In this document: one piece after another, positions 45,984 to 59,382 of the stretch
Layout of the letters: each line of letters starts with the position of its first letter
How positions within the stretch are numbered: the first letter of the stretch is position 1
Assembly: GCA_964016885.1 (NCBI GenBank)
Contig: OZ024758.1
Coordinates: 11,284,001 to 11,348,000, forward strand
Reading direction: 5' to 3'
Length of the DNA stretch: 64,000 bases
Source: Eledone cirrhosa
Taxonomy: Eukaryota
The notes under the pieces: model-generated
The model's database searches: none
Told to the model about the DNA's origin: nothing
The model's input: the letters and a program-made list of their open reading frames with translations, nothing else
Made by a program: the position numbers and the translations under genes

Positions 45984-46405
45984 TTTGGAGAAGTAGTGGC
46001 TCTACCTGGAGTGACTCCAGCAATTCTTTCCTGAGACATTCTAACCACATGCCTATAGTATCAGAGCTCTGATCTCTCAATTTGGAGAAGTAGTGGCTCT
46101 ACCCAGAGTGACTCCAGCAATTATTTCCTGAAACATTCTAACCACATGTCCATAGTATCAGAGCTCTGATCTCTCAATTTGGAGAAGTAGTGGCTCTACC
46201 TGGAGTGACTCCAGCAATTCTTTCCTGAGACATTCTAACCACATGTCCATAGTATCAGAGCTCTGATCTCCCAATTTGGAGAAGTAGTGGCTCTACCTGG
46301 AGTGACTCCAGCAATTCTTTCCTGAGACATTCTAACCACATGTCCATAGTATCAGAGCTCTGATCTCCCAATTTGGAGAAGTAGTGGCTCTACCTGGAGT
46401 GACTC
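45984..46405. repeat. 97-bp tandem repeat
   Basis: tttggagaagtagtggctctacc... recurs every 97 bp, about 4.4 copies. Confidence 0.9.
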
Positions 46406-47020
46406 TCTGATCGCCAAGTTATGCACTAAATACTTAATTTCTAACAAGATAGACAGGGATAGATTGAGTAGGGACAAATATCAGTTGGGCCAACAGTTCG
46501 GTTGTGTTTCACAGGTCAGAGTAATTGTTATATAATTGATTTATTGAAGAAAAGATTCTTTAGAGACACAAATTATATTTAGTAAGTGAATTAAAAGGAA
46601 ATCATTCGCATTACGTTTTATATTACAAACAATTCAGTCTGTACTATTTCTAACATGAATTAGACTGATTGAATGTGACAGTAATAACGATTTCTTGTGA
46701 TATTAATACTGTAAAAATTAAATAGAGTATATATATCATCATCATCATCGTTTAACGTTCCACGCTTGATATGTTTGTATATATATGTGTGTGTGTGTGT
46801 GTGCGAGTGTGTGCCGGAAAACTGACTGTAATGATGATAGCAAGAATATATCGATGAACAGATGTAGTGGTGCCGAAAAGTGGCATAGAATTACTCAGTT
46901 TAGTGATAATAGTGTTAATATAGATAGAGAAGGTCAATGATGTGAGGTGAGAGTAGTGAAAAGAGAGGAAGTGGTGTTGATAATTGGTTGGAATATGACC
47001 AGAAAATCTATTATACATAC

Positions 47021-47164
47021 ACTCCTATAGATTTCATCCGTTTGGGAAGATTTCTCTTGTACATTAGTCACAGCTACACTTTGACGAATCAGCCGGCCAG
47101 TAACTGTGTAAACTGCATCCATTTCAACATTTTGACCACATCTTATTTTGTATAGAACATAAAA
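47021..47164 (-). CDS. GPR158-like GPCR exon (proximal C-terminal tail)
   Basis: tttcAG acceptor, phase 0, 48 open codons (FYVLYKIRCGQNVEMDAVYTVTGRLIRQS...), GTATGT donor. Assigned by phase and position rather than by a motif. Confidence 0.65.
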
Positions 47165-47260
47165 CTGAAATTAAAGCAAGAAGAACTGATAAAAAAAGGC
47201 TTAAGATAAAGGGGAAAAATCTAGAATTTTGTTAGCTTCTCTTAATTTTCTGAAGTTAAT

Positions 47261-47582
47261 GGTAGACTGAAGTTTATGGTAGACTGGAGTTACGGTAGAT
47301 TGGAGTTTATGGTAGACTGGAGTTTATGGTAGACTGGAGTTTATGGTAGACTGGAGTTTATGATAGATTGAAGTTTATGGTAGACTGGAGTTTGTGGTAG
47401 ACTGGAGTTTGTGGTAGACTGGAGTTTGTGGTAGACTGGAGTTTATGGTAGACTGGAGTTTATAGTAGATTGAAGTTTATGGTAGACTGGAGTTCTGGTA
47501 GACTGGAGTTTATGGTAGACTGGAGTTTATGGTAGACTGGAGTTTGTGGTAGACTGGAGTTAATGGTAGACTGGAGTTTATG
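47261..47582. repeat. 17-bp minisatellite
   Basis: Unit ggtagactggagtttat. Confidence 0.9.
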
Positions 47583-47741
47583 ATTGACTGATTTATCTGA
47601 CCTAAGATTGCACAAACTATCACTTGGTCCAGGTAATACAGAAATGAAACATTAAGGTGGAGTTAGAGATCAAATTCTTTCATGGAGTCTGTTGAGGTAG
47701 TATGGGAGTAAAGCTCTTTGATGGAGTCTGTAGCAGCCATC

Positions 47742-47983
47742 TTAACCCTTTGCCATTTAAACCGGCCATATCTGGCCAGAATTTTCTCACCTCTTTCTTT
47801 TCAAACTGGCCATAACCAGCTGCTCACACTTATGTTAAGGTATTGTTCTGAAAATAAATAATATCAAAATCTCATTGATTTGATATTATGTGAGATAATT
47901 ATGTGAGATAATTATGTGAGATAAAGCCTTTACATTGAAAATATAATAGTATGTATAGAGTAATGTAAATGCTAAAGGGTTAA
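47742..47983. mobile_element. piggyBac-like MITE
   Basis: TTAA-CCCTTT...AAAGGG-TTAA termini, about 240 bp. Related copies at 4619-4730, 4908-5270 and 61122-61348. Confidence 0.7.
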
Positions 47984-48494
47984 ATAGGTAAAAGGATAGA
48001 ATTCATAATAAACAAATAATTAGCTTCTAGTTACTCCAGGTATTCCAGTAATACCACAATGTCACTGGAGGTCAACAGAAGGAGGAGGAGGAGGAGGTAG
48101 AGGAGGTGGATGGGTACACTATATTGACTTCTGAAGGAACAGAGTTCATCTGATTTTGCTTTACAGACTTAACGCCAGTTTGTGGCCGACAATTGTGAAT
48201 ATCACATTCTGTCACAGTCTCAATATTACAGTCAGTATGAGGGTGGGGTGGATTGGCAGTATCGGTAGAGGGTCGGACGCCATGCTTTGCAGCATAGAGT
48301 TACGGCCCTTTACGGTCTGAGTTCAAATCCCGCCGAAGTTAACTTTGCCTTTCTATCATTACAGGGTCGATAAAATAAAGTACCAGTCAAGTCACGCACT
48401 GGGGTCGATTTAATCGATTTCCCCTCCGCCCCAAATTGCTGGCCTTGTGCCTATATAAGAAACCAATATTACAGTCAGTATCACTCCATTCTGA

Positions 48495-48530
<36 letters not shown>

Positions 48531-49330
48531 TACCATATTTGTTTCCAGTCACATCTAACAGATTGTTTAAACCAACACACACATATACTCACAACTCAAC
48601 TGACAGATGTTTTAAATCATAATTACTCGTAATGGGATGTTCTTAATGATTAGTAACAGCCACCCTCCAATGCCAAAGGAACATTATTTCTAACATAATA
48701 CTATACTATATCCAAGCTACTCTTTCCAATCTTGGAAAGAAGTCAACAGGTCTGGAAGAGAATATCAATTGAGCTAAAGGGATTTACATTTTTATTCCAT
48801 TTTCCAAGCCATAACAGCAAGAACTAGGAACTCTATAATAACCATTCGAATACATCAAAATATTTATAAAAAATACAGCTCTAAAATACGTCAAATATAT
48901 TTTTACCCTCAAAATAACCGGAGCTAAAATATGTTTATATATGATAGTGAATTATATATTTATATATGATAGTGAAATCTATGAATTATATTTTTACTCT
49001 AAACAAACAACTAAGAGTAAAAGAATGGTCTTAAGTTAAATCCATATAACTGATGAGATGATAATCTTTGGTTCAATAACAAATAGGTCAGATAATGAAG
49101 CTAATAACAATAAATAAAGTTTAGAAACCTTGATAAGATCAGCCTAGCGCCATATTAGCTGATTGTTGGTTGTAGAATCACAAAACTAATTCTTTATCTA
49201 ATGCAGTTCAGGCATTACAAGAAATCCTCTTTAATTGTATGGGATATATTTTTAACAGTTGCACATTAGATCTCTTTACTATAGTCTCTCTCTCTCTCTT
49301 TCTCTCTCTCTCTATTTCTCTTTCTCTATG

Positions 49331-49361
<31 letters not shown>

Positions 49362-49691
49362 GAACAAGTAGGACCCCGACGGCTGAGCTCAAGCCATTTC
49401 GACGGCTAATTCTGGACTAAAAAATGATTTTTTAGTCCAGAATTAGCTGTCGAAACGGCTTGAGCTCAGCCGTCAGGGTCCTACTTGTTCCTATTACCCA
49501 CTCTACTACCCTAAGTATTGAGTACTTTGGTGCGTTATGGTCCATCTGGTTCCTTACCACATTTCCTTCGTTATATATATATACACTCACACACACACAC
49601 AAACTCCAGAGTAACAAAATTCACTATTTAGCCTTAGCTTTATTAAGCATTTAAACTCTACATAGGTCAGCTACAAATATATATATATATA

Positions 49692-50335
49692 TCATCATCA
49701 TCATCATCATCGTTTAACGTCCATCTTCCACGCTTGCATGGGTTTGGACGGGAGTTTTCCCACTTGAGGCAAGATTTGTTGTCCTGTTCGTATAGGACTG
49801 TCTGGCAGGTTTTCTACGGCTGGATGTCCTTCCTAACACCAACCACGTTTACAGTGTGGACTGGGACGTTTTTACCATGTTGCCTACATGGCCACATTAC
49901 AGCGTGGACTGTGTGTTTTTTTTGTATATGTATATATATATATAATATATATGTATATATATATATATGTATATATATATGTATATATATCATCATCATC
50001 ATCATTTCATTTTACGTCTGCTCTTTCCCTGCTTGCAAGGGTGGGACGGTAACTGATTTTGGCTTGATTTCTACAGCTGGATGCCCTTCCTAACACCAAC
50101 CTCATTTACAGCGAGTGCTGGGTGCTTTTTTGCCGTGGCACCTACACGACCACTTTGCAGTGGAATGATAGGGACCCCAGTCCCTATCATCTCATTTCTA
50201 CATCTGAGTAAACTGGAGCAATGTGAAATAAAGTGTCTTGCTCAAGGAAACAACACATCACCCGGTCTGAGAATTGAACTCACAACCTTTCGATTGCAAG
50301 GCCAATGCTCTAACCACTAAGCCATGTGCCTCCAT
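49692..50335. mobile_element. Second SINE-like interspersed repeat family with (CAT)n end (two adjacent copies)
   Basis: catcatcgtttaacgtcc...ggatgcccttcctaacaccaacc...; related copies at 6290-6582, 9641-9985, 51895-52163 and 53940-54270. Confidence 0.7.
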
Positions 50336-50378
50336 GTAATTTAATCAAGCACAGGTAAGACTGATGTCATCCACTTAC

Positions 50379-50484
50379 TTTTGGAATAAATATGAGTCCA
50401 ACTGTTATCGTACTTTTGATCTGGAGAGATAAAAAATACAGCAAATACATGATGTCTGGTCCAACAGATGTCTTCACAAATTGT
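50379..50484 (-). CDS. GPR158-like GPCR exon (TM7)
   Basis: Encodes QFVKTSVGPDIMYLLYFLSLQIKSTITVGLIFIPK, ending in the TM7 LIFIPK motif. tttcAG / GTAAGT borders. Confidence 0.9.
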
Positions 50485-50736
50485 CTGAAATGAAGATAAA
50501 AATAGATTTAATTCCTGTTGGGATTCACCAATATATTTGTAATTTAGGAGAAAACGATGAAATATTATCAGCGATGTTGTAGAATATCTTTTTATAATAA
50601 TAATAATAATAATAATAAAAATAATGATTATTATGATTTTTATGTTAACAATCAATGATACAGATCATCATCATCTCATTTGTTGTGCTCATAGTTTTTG
50701 GCAGAAGTATATATACTGGTTGGATGCCCTTCCTAA

Positions 50737-51190
50737 CACCAGCACCTCTTTACAGCATGGACTGGGTGCTTTTATTCATGCCACCAGCACTAGAGAGGTT
50801 GTCTTACAGAACTCAGGGGCCCTATCCACCCCTCCATTTTACAGCATGGAATAGGTGCTTTTATTCATGCCACCAGCACTAGAGAGGTTGTCTTACTGGA
50901 CTCAGGGGCCCTATCCACCCCTCCATTTTACAGCATGGACTAGGTGCTTTTATTCATGCCACCAGCACTAGAGAGGTTGTCTTACTGGACTCAGGGGCCC
51001 TATCCACCCCTCCATTTTACAGCATGGACTGGGTGCTTTTATTCATGCCACCAGCACTAGAGAGGTTGTCTTACTGGACTCAGGGGCCCTATCCACCCCT
51101 CCATTTTACAGCATGGACTGAGTGCTTTTATTTGAGCCACCAGCACTAGAGAGGTTGTCTTACTGGACTCAGGCGCCCTATCCACCCCTC
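50737..51190. repeat. 89-bp tandem repeat
   Basis: tttacagcatggactgggtgcttttattcatgccaccagcactagagagg..., about 5 copies. Confidence 0.9.
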
Positions 51191-52464
51191 ATATATATCT
51201 CTATATTCAACCAGAGTGAGACAGATGTCCAGAAATTAGTAAGGGCAGGGCTTCTTGCTGGCCATTATGTGGACCTCGATGAGTCAGCCAATGTCCTGGA
51301 AATTGGACATCAAGCCAATGAAAACATTGTTTGCTTGGTCCGATTTGAAGAGTTCTACCCCACTCAGTAAGTGAGTAAGGTCTGGGATCTTGTCAATTGT
51401 TCCACCCACTTACCTACACAAAACTAACAAATTAGAAATGAATGAATTCCATAAGAATGTTTATTCTTCTACAACATTGAGTCTTAATACCACCATGTAA
51501 TCGATAATCTTTCTATATGAGGTAATTAGTGTTGATTAAAGATTAAATCTTTATTTTAATATATTTACATTCTTACAATGGATTATCACTCTCAGACATA
51601 ACACTTCCTTCATGGATTTCACAATGCTATTCTGAGATATCATTTCCATTCTGGATTTATATTGATTACTTTTGGCAACGAACCATATGGTTTGTTTTGA
51701 CAAGAATATAAAATCAATTGAATTTCAGCTCCATTCTATTATTGGTACATATGTTAACATACGTAGCAGCATGAATTATCAACAAGTTAAACTCCACAAA
51801 TTTTGAACTCTCCACTCCATCTCCCACTCCTGCCAACACTACCCTTTCTCTATAAAGTTATGTTGGTACCACAACATCCAGTCCAAACTAATGAGGTTGT
51901 GTAGGTGTCACGATAAAAAACATACAGTCCATGCTGTATTGTGGCTGTGTAGGTAACATAGTAAAAAGTTCCCAGTTCCACACTGTAAATGTGGTTGGTG
52001 TTAGCAAGGGCATCCAGCCATAGAAAACCTGCCAGACAGTCCTATACGAGCGAGACACAGTCACCCGACCAATCTAGCCTCAAGTGGGACAACTCCCGTC
52101 TAACCCATGCTAGTTTGGAAGATAGACGTTAAACGATGATGATGATGATGATGATGATGATGATAAAGGAAGGAATCATATTATTGCAAAGAATCTTAAT
52201 TGACTCAGGCGGTTCCCTGTCTTTACCATCTCAAGTACCCTTTATAATGTAAGACATATTGATAGTTTTTGACATGGCTCGAGGAAAAAATTTCAAGTAC
52301 TTATAGATGGATGTATCGACTGAAATATTTTCAGGTTTTCTGTAATATGTCAATGTTTCTACGTAATATAAGGAGCGCATCCATCTTATAGATAGTAACA
52401 ACTCGTTAACAACGTATTTCTAAGCTTGAATTTATCTTAAACCATGGATGTTGAGCTCCTCTAT

Positions 52465-52555
<91 letters not shown>

Positions 52556-53024
52556 TTTAACAGTGTAAAGATATTTCTAGAAAGACTTGAGAAAAATACA
52601 CATGAAATAGCTATCAATTTCTTTTGTTCACAAGATACAATATCAGCTATGTTGTGTGGTGATATTCATGCATTTACCAAGAGATTTGTTCTACAACATA
52701 CAAGCAAATTATTAATTTCATTTGAAGTCATATATTAGGGTTAGGTGAAAAATTCATAGACTGACTATGAAGGAGTGATGCTAGAGCTGTGAAATGTTGC
52801 ATACATTAATTTCAACTCTTCTTATTAATAACTGCATTGTTTCTTTCCAGGGACTATGCTAAAAAATAAACCTCATTTGGTCATTTCATGAGAGTATCTT
52901 GGTCAGCCTATGAACTTCTCAGCCTTGTAGAAACAGTGTATAATCAATATCAATAATCAATTGATAACAGATGAACAATTCAATAAAGAAACATTACTTT
53001 TATAATTGATTTCTAGAAACTTAC

Positions 53025-53163
53025 TGAAATATAATTAGAAATGAACCGAGGATGAGTGTATTATATGTGGACCAAGTAATATATCTGCTCTCGTTGAATG
53101 ATGCTGGGACTTTCCTTACATTGAAACAAACATAGACACTATAAAGAAGCATTATCGCTTCGG
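53025..53163 (-). CDS. GPR158-like GPCR exon (TM5-TM6)
   Basis: Encodes EAIMLLYSVYVCFNVRKVPASFNESRYITWSTYNTLILGSFLIIF, containing the class C R-x-VP-x-x-FNES motif. tttacAG / GTAAGT borders. Confidence 0.92.
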
Positions 53164-54574
53164 CTGTAAATAAAAATAAATATCATCATCATCATCATTT
53201 TTACGTCTGCTTTTCTCTGCTTGCATTTAATATATATATAATATATATATAATATATACATAATATATACATAATATATACATAATATATACATAATATA
53301 TACATAATATATATATAATATATACATAATATATACATAATATATACATAATATATACATAATATCATTTCATTTTACGTCCGCTTTTCCCTGCTTTCAT
53401 TTAATATATATATAATATATACATAATATATATATAATATAATACATAATATATACATAATATATACATAATATATACATAATATATACATAATATATAT
53501 ATAATATATACATAATATATACATAATATATACATAATATATACATAATATATACATAATATATACATAATATATACATAATATATACATAATATATACA
53601 TAATATATACATAATATCATTTCATTTTACGTCCGCTTTTCCCTGCTTGCATTTAATATATACATAATTGTTTCTACGTTAGGCACAAGGCCAGCAATTA
53701 TCCAGTGCATTACTGGTACTTTATTTTATCGACCCCGTAAGGATGAAAGGCAAAGTAAACCTCGGCGGGATTTGAACTCAGACCGTAAAGGGACGTAACT
53801 ATGCTGGAAAGCATCGGGTCCGACTCTCTACCGATACTGCCAATCCACCACCGCTCTTTAATATATACAGAAGACCCGATTTCCCACAGGTACAAGCCTA
53901 AGCTGAAACATCTAGACAATATGCCCCTACCCCCTCCCATGGCAAAGTGGCCGTGGGGGTGTGATGACAAAAAAGCACCCAGTCCTCACTGTAAAGTGGT
54001 CGTGTAGGTGCCACAGTAAAAAAAAAAGCACCCAGCACTCACTCTAAATGAGGTTGGTGTTAGGAAGGGCTTCCAGCTGTAGAAATCAAGCCAGAACCAG
54101 TTCCCGTAGGAGCAAGACAAGGTCAGCCGACCGGCCACTGCCCACATAATATATACATAATATCATTTCATTTTACGTCCGCTTTTCCCTGCTTGCAAGG
54201 GTGGGACGGGAACTGATTCTGGCTTGATTTCTACAGCTGGATGTCCTTCCTAACACCAACCTCATTTACAGAAGATCCCGTTAAGGGTGAAAGCAGTGAT
54301 TCTTTGCTTAAACTTTAATCTGTTATTTTAATAAATATTTGCTCTACGGTTCTTATATATCTGATATATATTTATCCTTATCAAGCCCTCTTTGGATTTT
54401 AGTCTTCAAATTTATTATTATTACTATATATATACATATATACATTATTATTATTATTATATTATTATTATTATTATTATATATCAATTAAATTCATTAT
54501 TATTTTTCATTTATATATCTAATTTCCCCAATTACTACAATTGTTGTTGAGAGATGATCTCAATACGAGAGAGA

Positions 54575-54612
<38 letters not shown>

Positions 54613-54618
54613 GAAAGT

Positions 54619-54664
<46 letters not shown>

Positions 54665-55734
54665 CCTAGACTATAATCCTGTTGTCTACTTTAGATGAAA
54701 GCTATATTTATCCATATTTAGATGTTGATTCTTTAAAGACATTTGACGACATTAAAAACCAAGACTAAATAATGAGAACTAAATAATCTTTTCTAGAAAA
54801 TTCGAAGAAAATTTAATAGAAAGAAAAATTATTTAAAATAAAAAAAACTGTTTAAAAAGATTGGAAACTTATTTATAATTATTTTATTCTACTAAAGAGA
54901 GAGAAATAAAATGGATTATTTTGTAACAGTGCATTTCAACAATGGTGATGATGATGATGATGGTGATGGTGGTGGTGATGGTGATGATGATGATGATGAT
55001 GATGGTGACGATGATGATGGTGATGGTGATGATGGTGATGATGATGATGATGATGGTGATGATGATGGTGATGATGGTGATGATGTTGATGATGGTGATG
55101 ATGGTGATGATGTTGATGATGATGGTGATGATGGTGATGGCGATGATGATGATGGTGATGATGGTGATGGCGATGATGATGATGGTGATGGTGATGATGA
55201 TGGTGATGGTGGTGATGATGATGGTGATGATGGTGATGGCGATGATGATGATGGTGATGGTGATGATGATGGTGATGGTGGTGATGATGATGGTGATGAT
55301 GATGGTGATGATGGTGATGGTGATGATGATGATGATGGTGATGATGATGGTGATGGCGATGAGGAGGAGGAAGGTGAAGACACTGTGTTGTATTGAATTA
55401 GTTTACTAATAAGAAAATAAATATTTGATTTCTCTTGAAAATAAGACTAATTGAGTAAAGAGCTTTTGTCATCTGTGTGTGTCATCATCATCATCACCAA
55501 CACCACCACCACCACCATCATCATCATCCTCATCACCATCATCACCATCATCATCATTATCAACACCACCACCATCATCATCATCCTCATCACGATCATC
55601 ACCATCATCATCATTATCACCAACACCACCACCACCACCACCATCATCATCCTCACCACCACCACCACCACCGCCACCATCATCATCACCACGACCACCA
55701 CCACCACCACCATCACCACCACCACCACCAATAA

Positions 55735-57068
55735 TATGTCTAACTATTATAACTTAATATTGATATGACATGTCTAACTATTATAACTTAATATTGATAT
55801 AACATGTCTAACTATTATAACTTAATATTGATATGACATGTCTAACTATTATAATTTAATATTCGTATGATATATCTAACTATTATAACTTAATATTGAT
55901 ATGACATGTCTAACTATTATAACTTAATATTGATATGACATGTCTAACTATTATAACTTAATATTGATATGACATGTCTAACTATTATAACTTAATATTG
56001 ATATGACATGTCTAACTATTATAATTTAATATTGGTATGATATATCTAACTATTATAACTTAATATTGATATAATATGGCTAACTATTATAACTTAATTG
56101 TTTCTACTTTAGGCACAAGGCCAGCAATTACCCAGTACATTACTGGTACTTTATTTTATCGACCCCGTAAGGATAAAAGACAAAGTTAACCTCGGCGGGA
56201 TTTGAACTCAGACTGTAAAGGGACGTAACTATGCTAGAAAGCATGGCGTCCAACCCTCTACCAATACTGCCAATTCACCTAGTATGACATGTTTAAACTA
56301 TTATAACTTAATATTAGTATGACATGTTTAACTATTATAACTTAATATTGGTATGACATGTTTAACTATTATAACTTAATATTAGTATGACATGTTTAAC
56401 TATTATAACTTAATATTAGTATGACATGTTTAACTATTATAACTTAATATTAGTATGACATGTTTAACTATTATAACTTAATATTAGTATGACATGTTTA
56501 ACTATTATAACTTAATATTAGTATGACATGTTTAACTATTATAACTTAATATTAGTATGACATGTTTAACTATTATAACTTAATATTAGTATGACATGTT
56601 TAACTATTATAACTTAATATTAGTATGACATGTTTAACTATTATAACTTAATATTAGTATGACATGTTTAACTATTATAACTTAATATTAGTATGACATG
56701 TTTAACTATTATAACTTAATATTAGTATGACATGTTTAACTATTATAACTTAATATTAGTATGACATGTTTAACTATTATAACTTAATATTAGTATGACA
56801 TGTTTAACTATTATAACTTAATATTGGTATGACATGTTTAAACTATTATAACTTAATATTAGTATGACATGTTTAACTATTATAACTTAATATTAGTATG
56901 ACATGTTTAACTATTATAACTTAATATTAGTATGACATGTTTAACTATTATAACTTAATATTAGTATGACATGTTTAACTATTATAACTTAATATTAGTA
57001 TGACATGTTTAACTATTATAACTTAATATTAGTATGACATGTTTAACTATTATAACTTAATATTGGTA
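55735..57068. repeat. 34-bp AT-rich minisatellite split by a SINE
   Basis: Unit agtatgacatgtttaactattataacttaatatt; SINE at 56097-56278. Confidence 0.92.
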
Positions 57069-57084
57069 TAAGTAATTGCCTTAC

Positions 57085-57299
57085 CTGCATAAAATGCATA
57101 CGTCCATAAACTGACTGAACATGTAATATATTTGAGGGATGTTGAAGTTACAAGAAGAACAGCTTGAGGAGGAGATTTCAAAGACCATCCTATCAGACTG
57201 GCTATGGTCACAACTAGAACTGGAACCATCCTTTGTATTAATGCTGTGTCAGGTAGATTTACACGCTTTACCTTACCTTCTTTGAATATGATTGAGATT
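57085..57299 (-). CDS. GPR158-like GPCR exon (TM4, ECL2)
   Basis: Encodes ISIIFKEGKVKRVNLPDTALIQRMVPVLVVTIASLIGWSLKSPP...ITCSVSLWTYAFYA. CAG / GTAAG borders, phase 2 to 1. Confidence 0.88.
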
Positions 57300-57417
57300 C
57301 TGTTAGAAGATAGAACCATAGAACAAATCAATTTTAAATGTAAATATTGATTATTACAAGTTATTTATAGATTAGGAAGTTGATCTTATTTTGATAACTC
57401 ACACACATATATAAAAG

Positions 57418-57453
<36 letters not shown>

Positions 57454-57652
57454 AACGAGTAGGACCCCGACGGCTGAGCTCAAGCCGTTTCGACGGCTAA
57501 TTCTGGACGTCGAAACGGCTTGAGCTCAGCCGTCGGGGTCCTACTCATTCCTATCACCCACTCTACTACCCTAAGTATTGAGTACTTTGGTGCGTTATGG
57601 TCCATCTGGTTCCTTACCACATTTCCTTCGTTATATATATATATATATATAT

Positions 57653-57762
57653 ACAGGCTGTCTTCTCAAAATGTATACATATTTCAACAGCATTCTAATC
57701 AGTGTGTATACATATTTCAACAGCATTCTAATCAGTGTGTATACATTTTTTGGGGACACCCT
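57653..57762. mobile_element. Tc1/mariner-type mini-MITE (second copy, internal duplication)
   Basis: Same TIRs and internal ttcaacagcatt core as 1781-1858, flanked by TA. Confidence 0.65.
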
Positions 57763-58066
57763 ATATATATACAATACAATAAGACATCAGTAAGTATTAC
57801 CTAGACAAACAAAATGATTAATATTTTATGGATTAATAAAAAAAAAGTTATATATATATATATATATATATAATTTTATCATCATCATCATTTTGCATCT
57901 GCTTTTCTATATATATATATATATACGTAGGTCCCGGGTTGAGTCGGGGATAACCACAGTAAGTAAGGTACTCAATACATGGCAGAGTAAAATTTTTTTT
58001 TATTTTATAGAAGGATTTCATCTGAATGAAACAGTACTAGTCCTGTAGAAGTTCCTTCTATAAAAT

Positions 58067-58130
<64 letters not shown>

Positions 58131-58206
58131 ATATGCATATGTGTGTATACACATGGTATATCATATTTATTCCCTAGAAAGAATTCCCAAGGAATCAAAC
58201 ACAAAC

Positions 58207-58316
58207 CTCCATGTCTTTAAGATCAGTGAGCCATACATTATAACAAATCCTAGATATTTCGGCCATATTGTCATTTGGCAGATTAAGTCGGTAGGTTCAA
58301 AATAAAGGATAAATTC
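58207..58316 (-). CDS. GPR158-like GPCR exon (TM3)
   Basis: Encodes EFILYFEPTDLICQMTIWPKYLGFVIMYGSLILKTWR, containing the class C GF-YG-L-LKTWR motif. tttgcAG / GTTTGT borders. Confidence 0.9.
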
Positions 58317-58664
58317 CTGCAAAAGAAACTGGACATCATTATGGGGTAAATTATTAGAACGGTAGATTAGGGTAGATTAGCAGTAGAATTACATTGAATC
58401 TCTTCATACATCAATATATTTCTTTGTTACTGATTAAATCTCTCAGACAAAGAATTTCACATTATTCCCAATTTTAGATAATTGTTTAACTTTTAGATAA
58501 TTGTTTAACTTTTAGATATCCAACATTTTAAGACGGTAGGATGTGATATGATGGAGGTTTCAGTGCCATTTCTAGCATGGTTAGCAATAGAATAGTGGTT
58601 GCACTTGGTCGGACTAGAAATGTTAATTTGGTGAACTTGGTTTTGATTTAGAGATAATATTTAA

Positions 58665-59382
58665 TTTTAAGTTCAATAAGGAATTTACCTGAGAGAAAAA
58701 CAAAACTACTTTCTCAGGTAAAAGATATATTTTAAGTTCAATAAGGAATTTACCTGAGAGAAAAACAAAACTACTTTCTCAGGTAAAAGATATATTTTAA
58801 GTTCAATAAGGAATTTACCTGAGAGAAAAACAAAACTACTTTCTCAGGTAAAAGATATATTTTAAGTTCAATAAGGAATTTACCTGAGAGAAAAACAAAA
58901 CTACTTTCTCAGGTAAAAGATATATTTTAAGTTCAATAAGGAATTTACCTGAGAGAAAAACAAAACTACTTTCTCAGGTAAAAGATATATTTTAAGTTCA
59001 ATAAGGAATTTACCTGAGAGAAAAACAAAACTACTTTCTCAGGTAAAAGATATATTTTAAGTTCAATAAGGAATTTACCTGAGAGAAAAACAAAACTACT
59101 TTCTCAGGTAAAAGATATATTTTAAGTTCAATAAGGAATTTACCTGAGAGAAAAACAAAACTACTTTCTCAGGTAAAAGATATATTTTAAGTTCAATAAG
59201 GAATTTACCTGAGAGGAAAACAAAACTACTTTCTCAGGTAAAAGATATATTTTAAGTTCAATCAGGAATTTACCTGAGAGAAAAACAAAACTACTTTCTC
59301 AGGTAAAAGATATATTTTAAGTTCAATAAGGAATTTACCTGAGAGAAAAACAAAACTACTTTCTCAGGTAAAAGATATATTT
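58665..59382. repeat. 65-bp tandem repeat with internal hairpin, about 11 copies
   Basis: Unit ttttaagttcaataaggaatttacctgagagaaaaacaaaactactttctcaggtaaaagatata; inverted repeat tttacctgaga/tctcaggtaaa. Confidence 0.92.

Noticed and set aside
51122-51412. Non-repetitive ORF-like stretch with donor-like sites inside a GPCR intron
   Set aside because: No recognisable motif, and the flanking GPCR exons (53025 and 50484) already join in phase without it.
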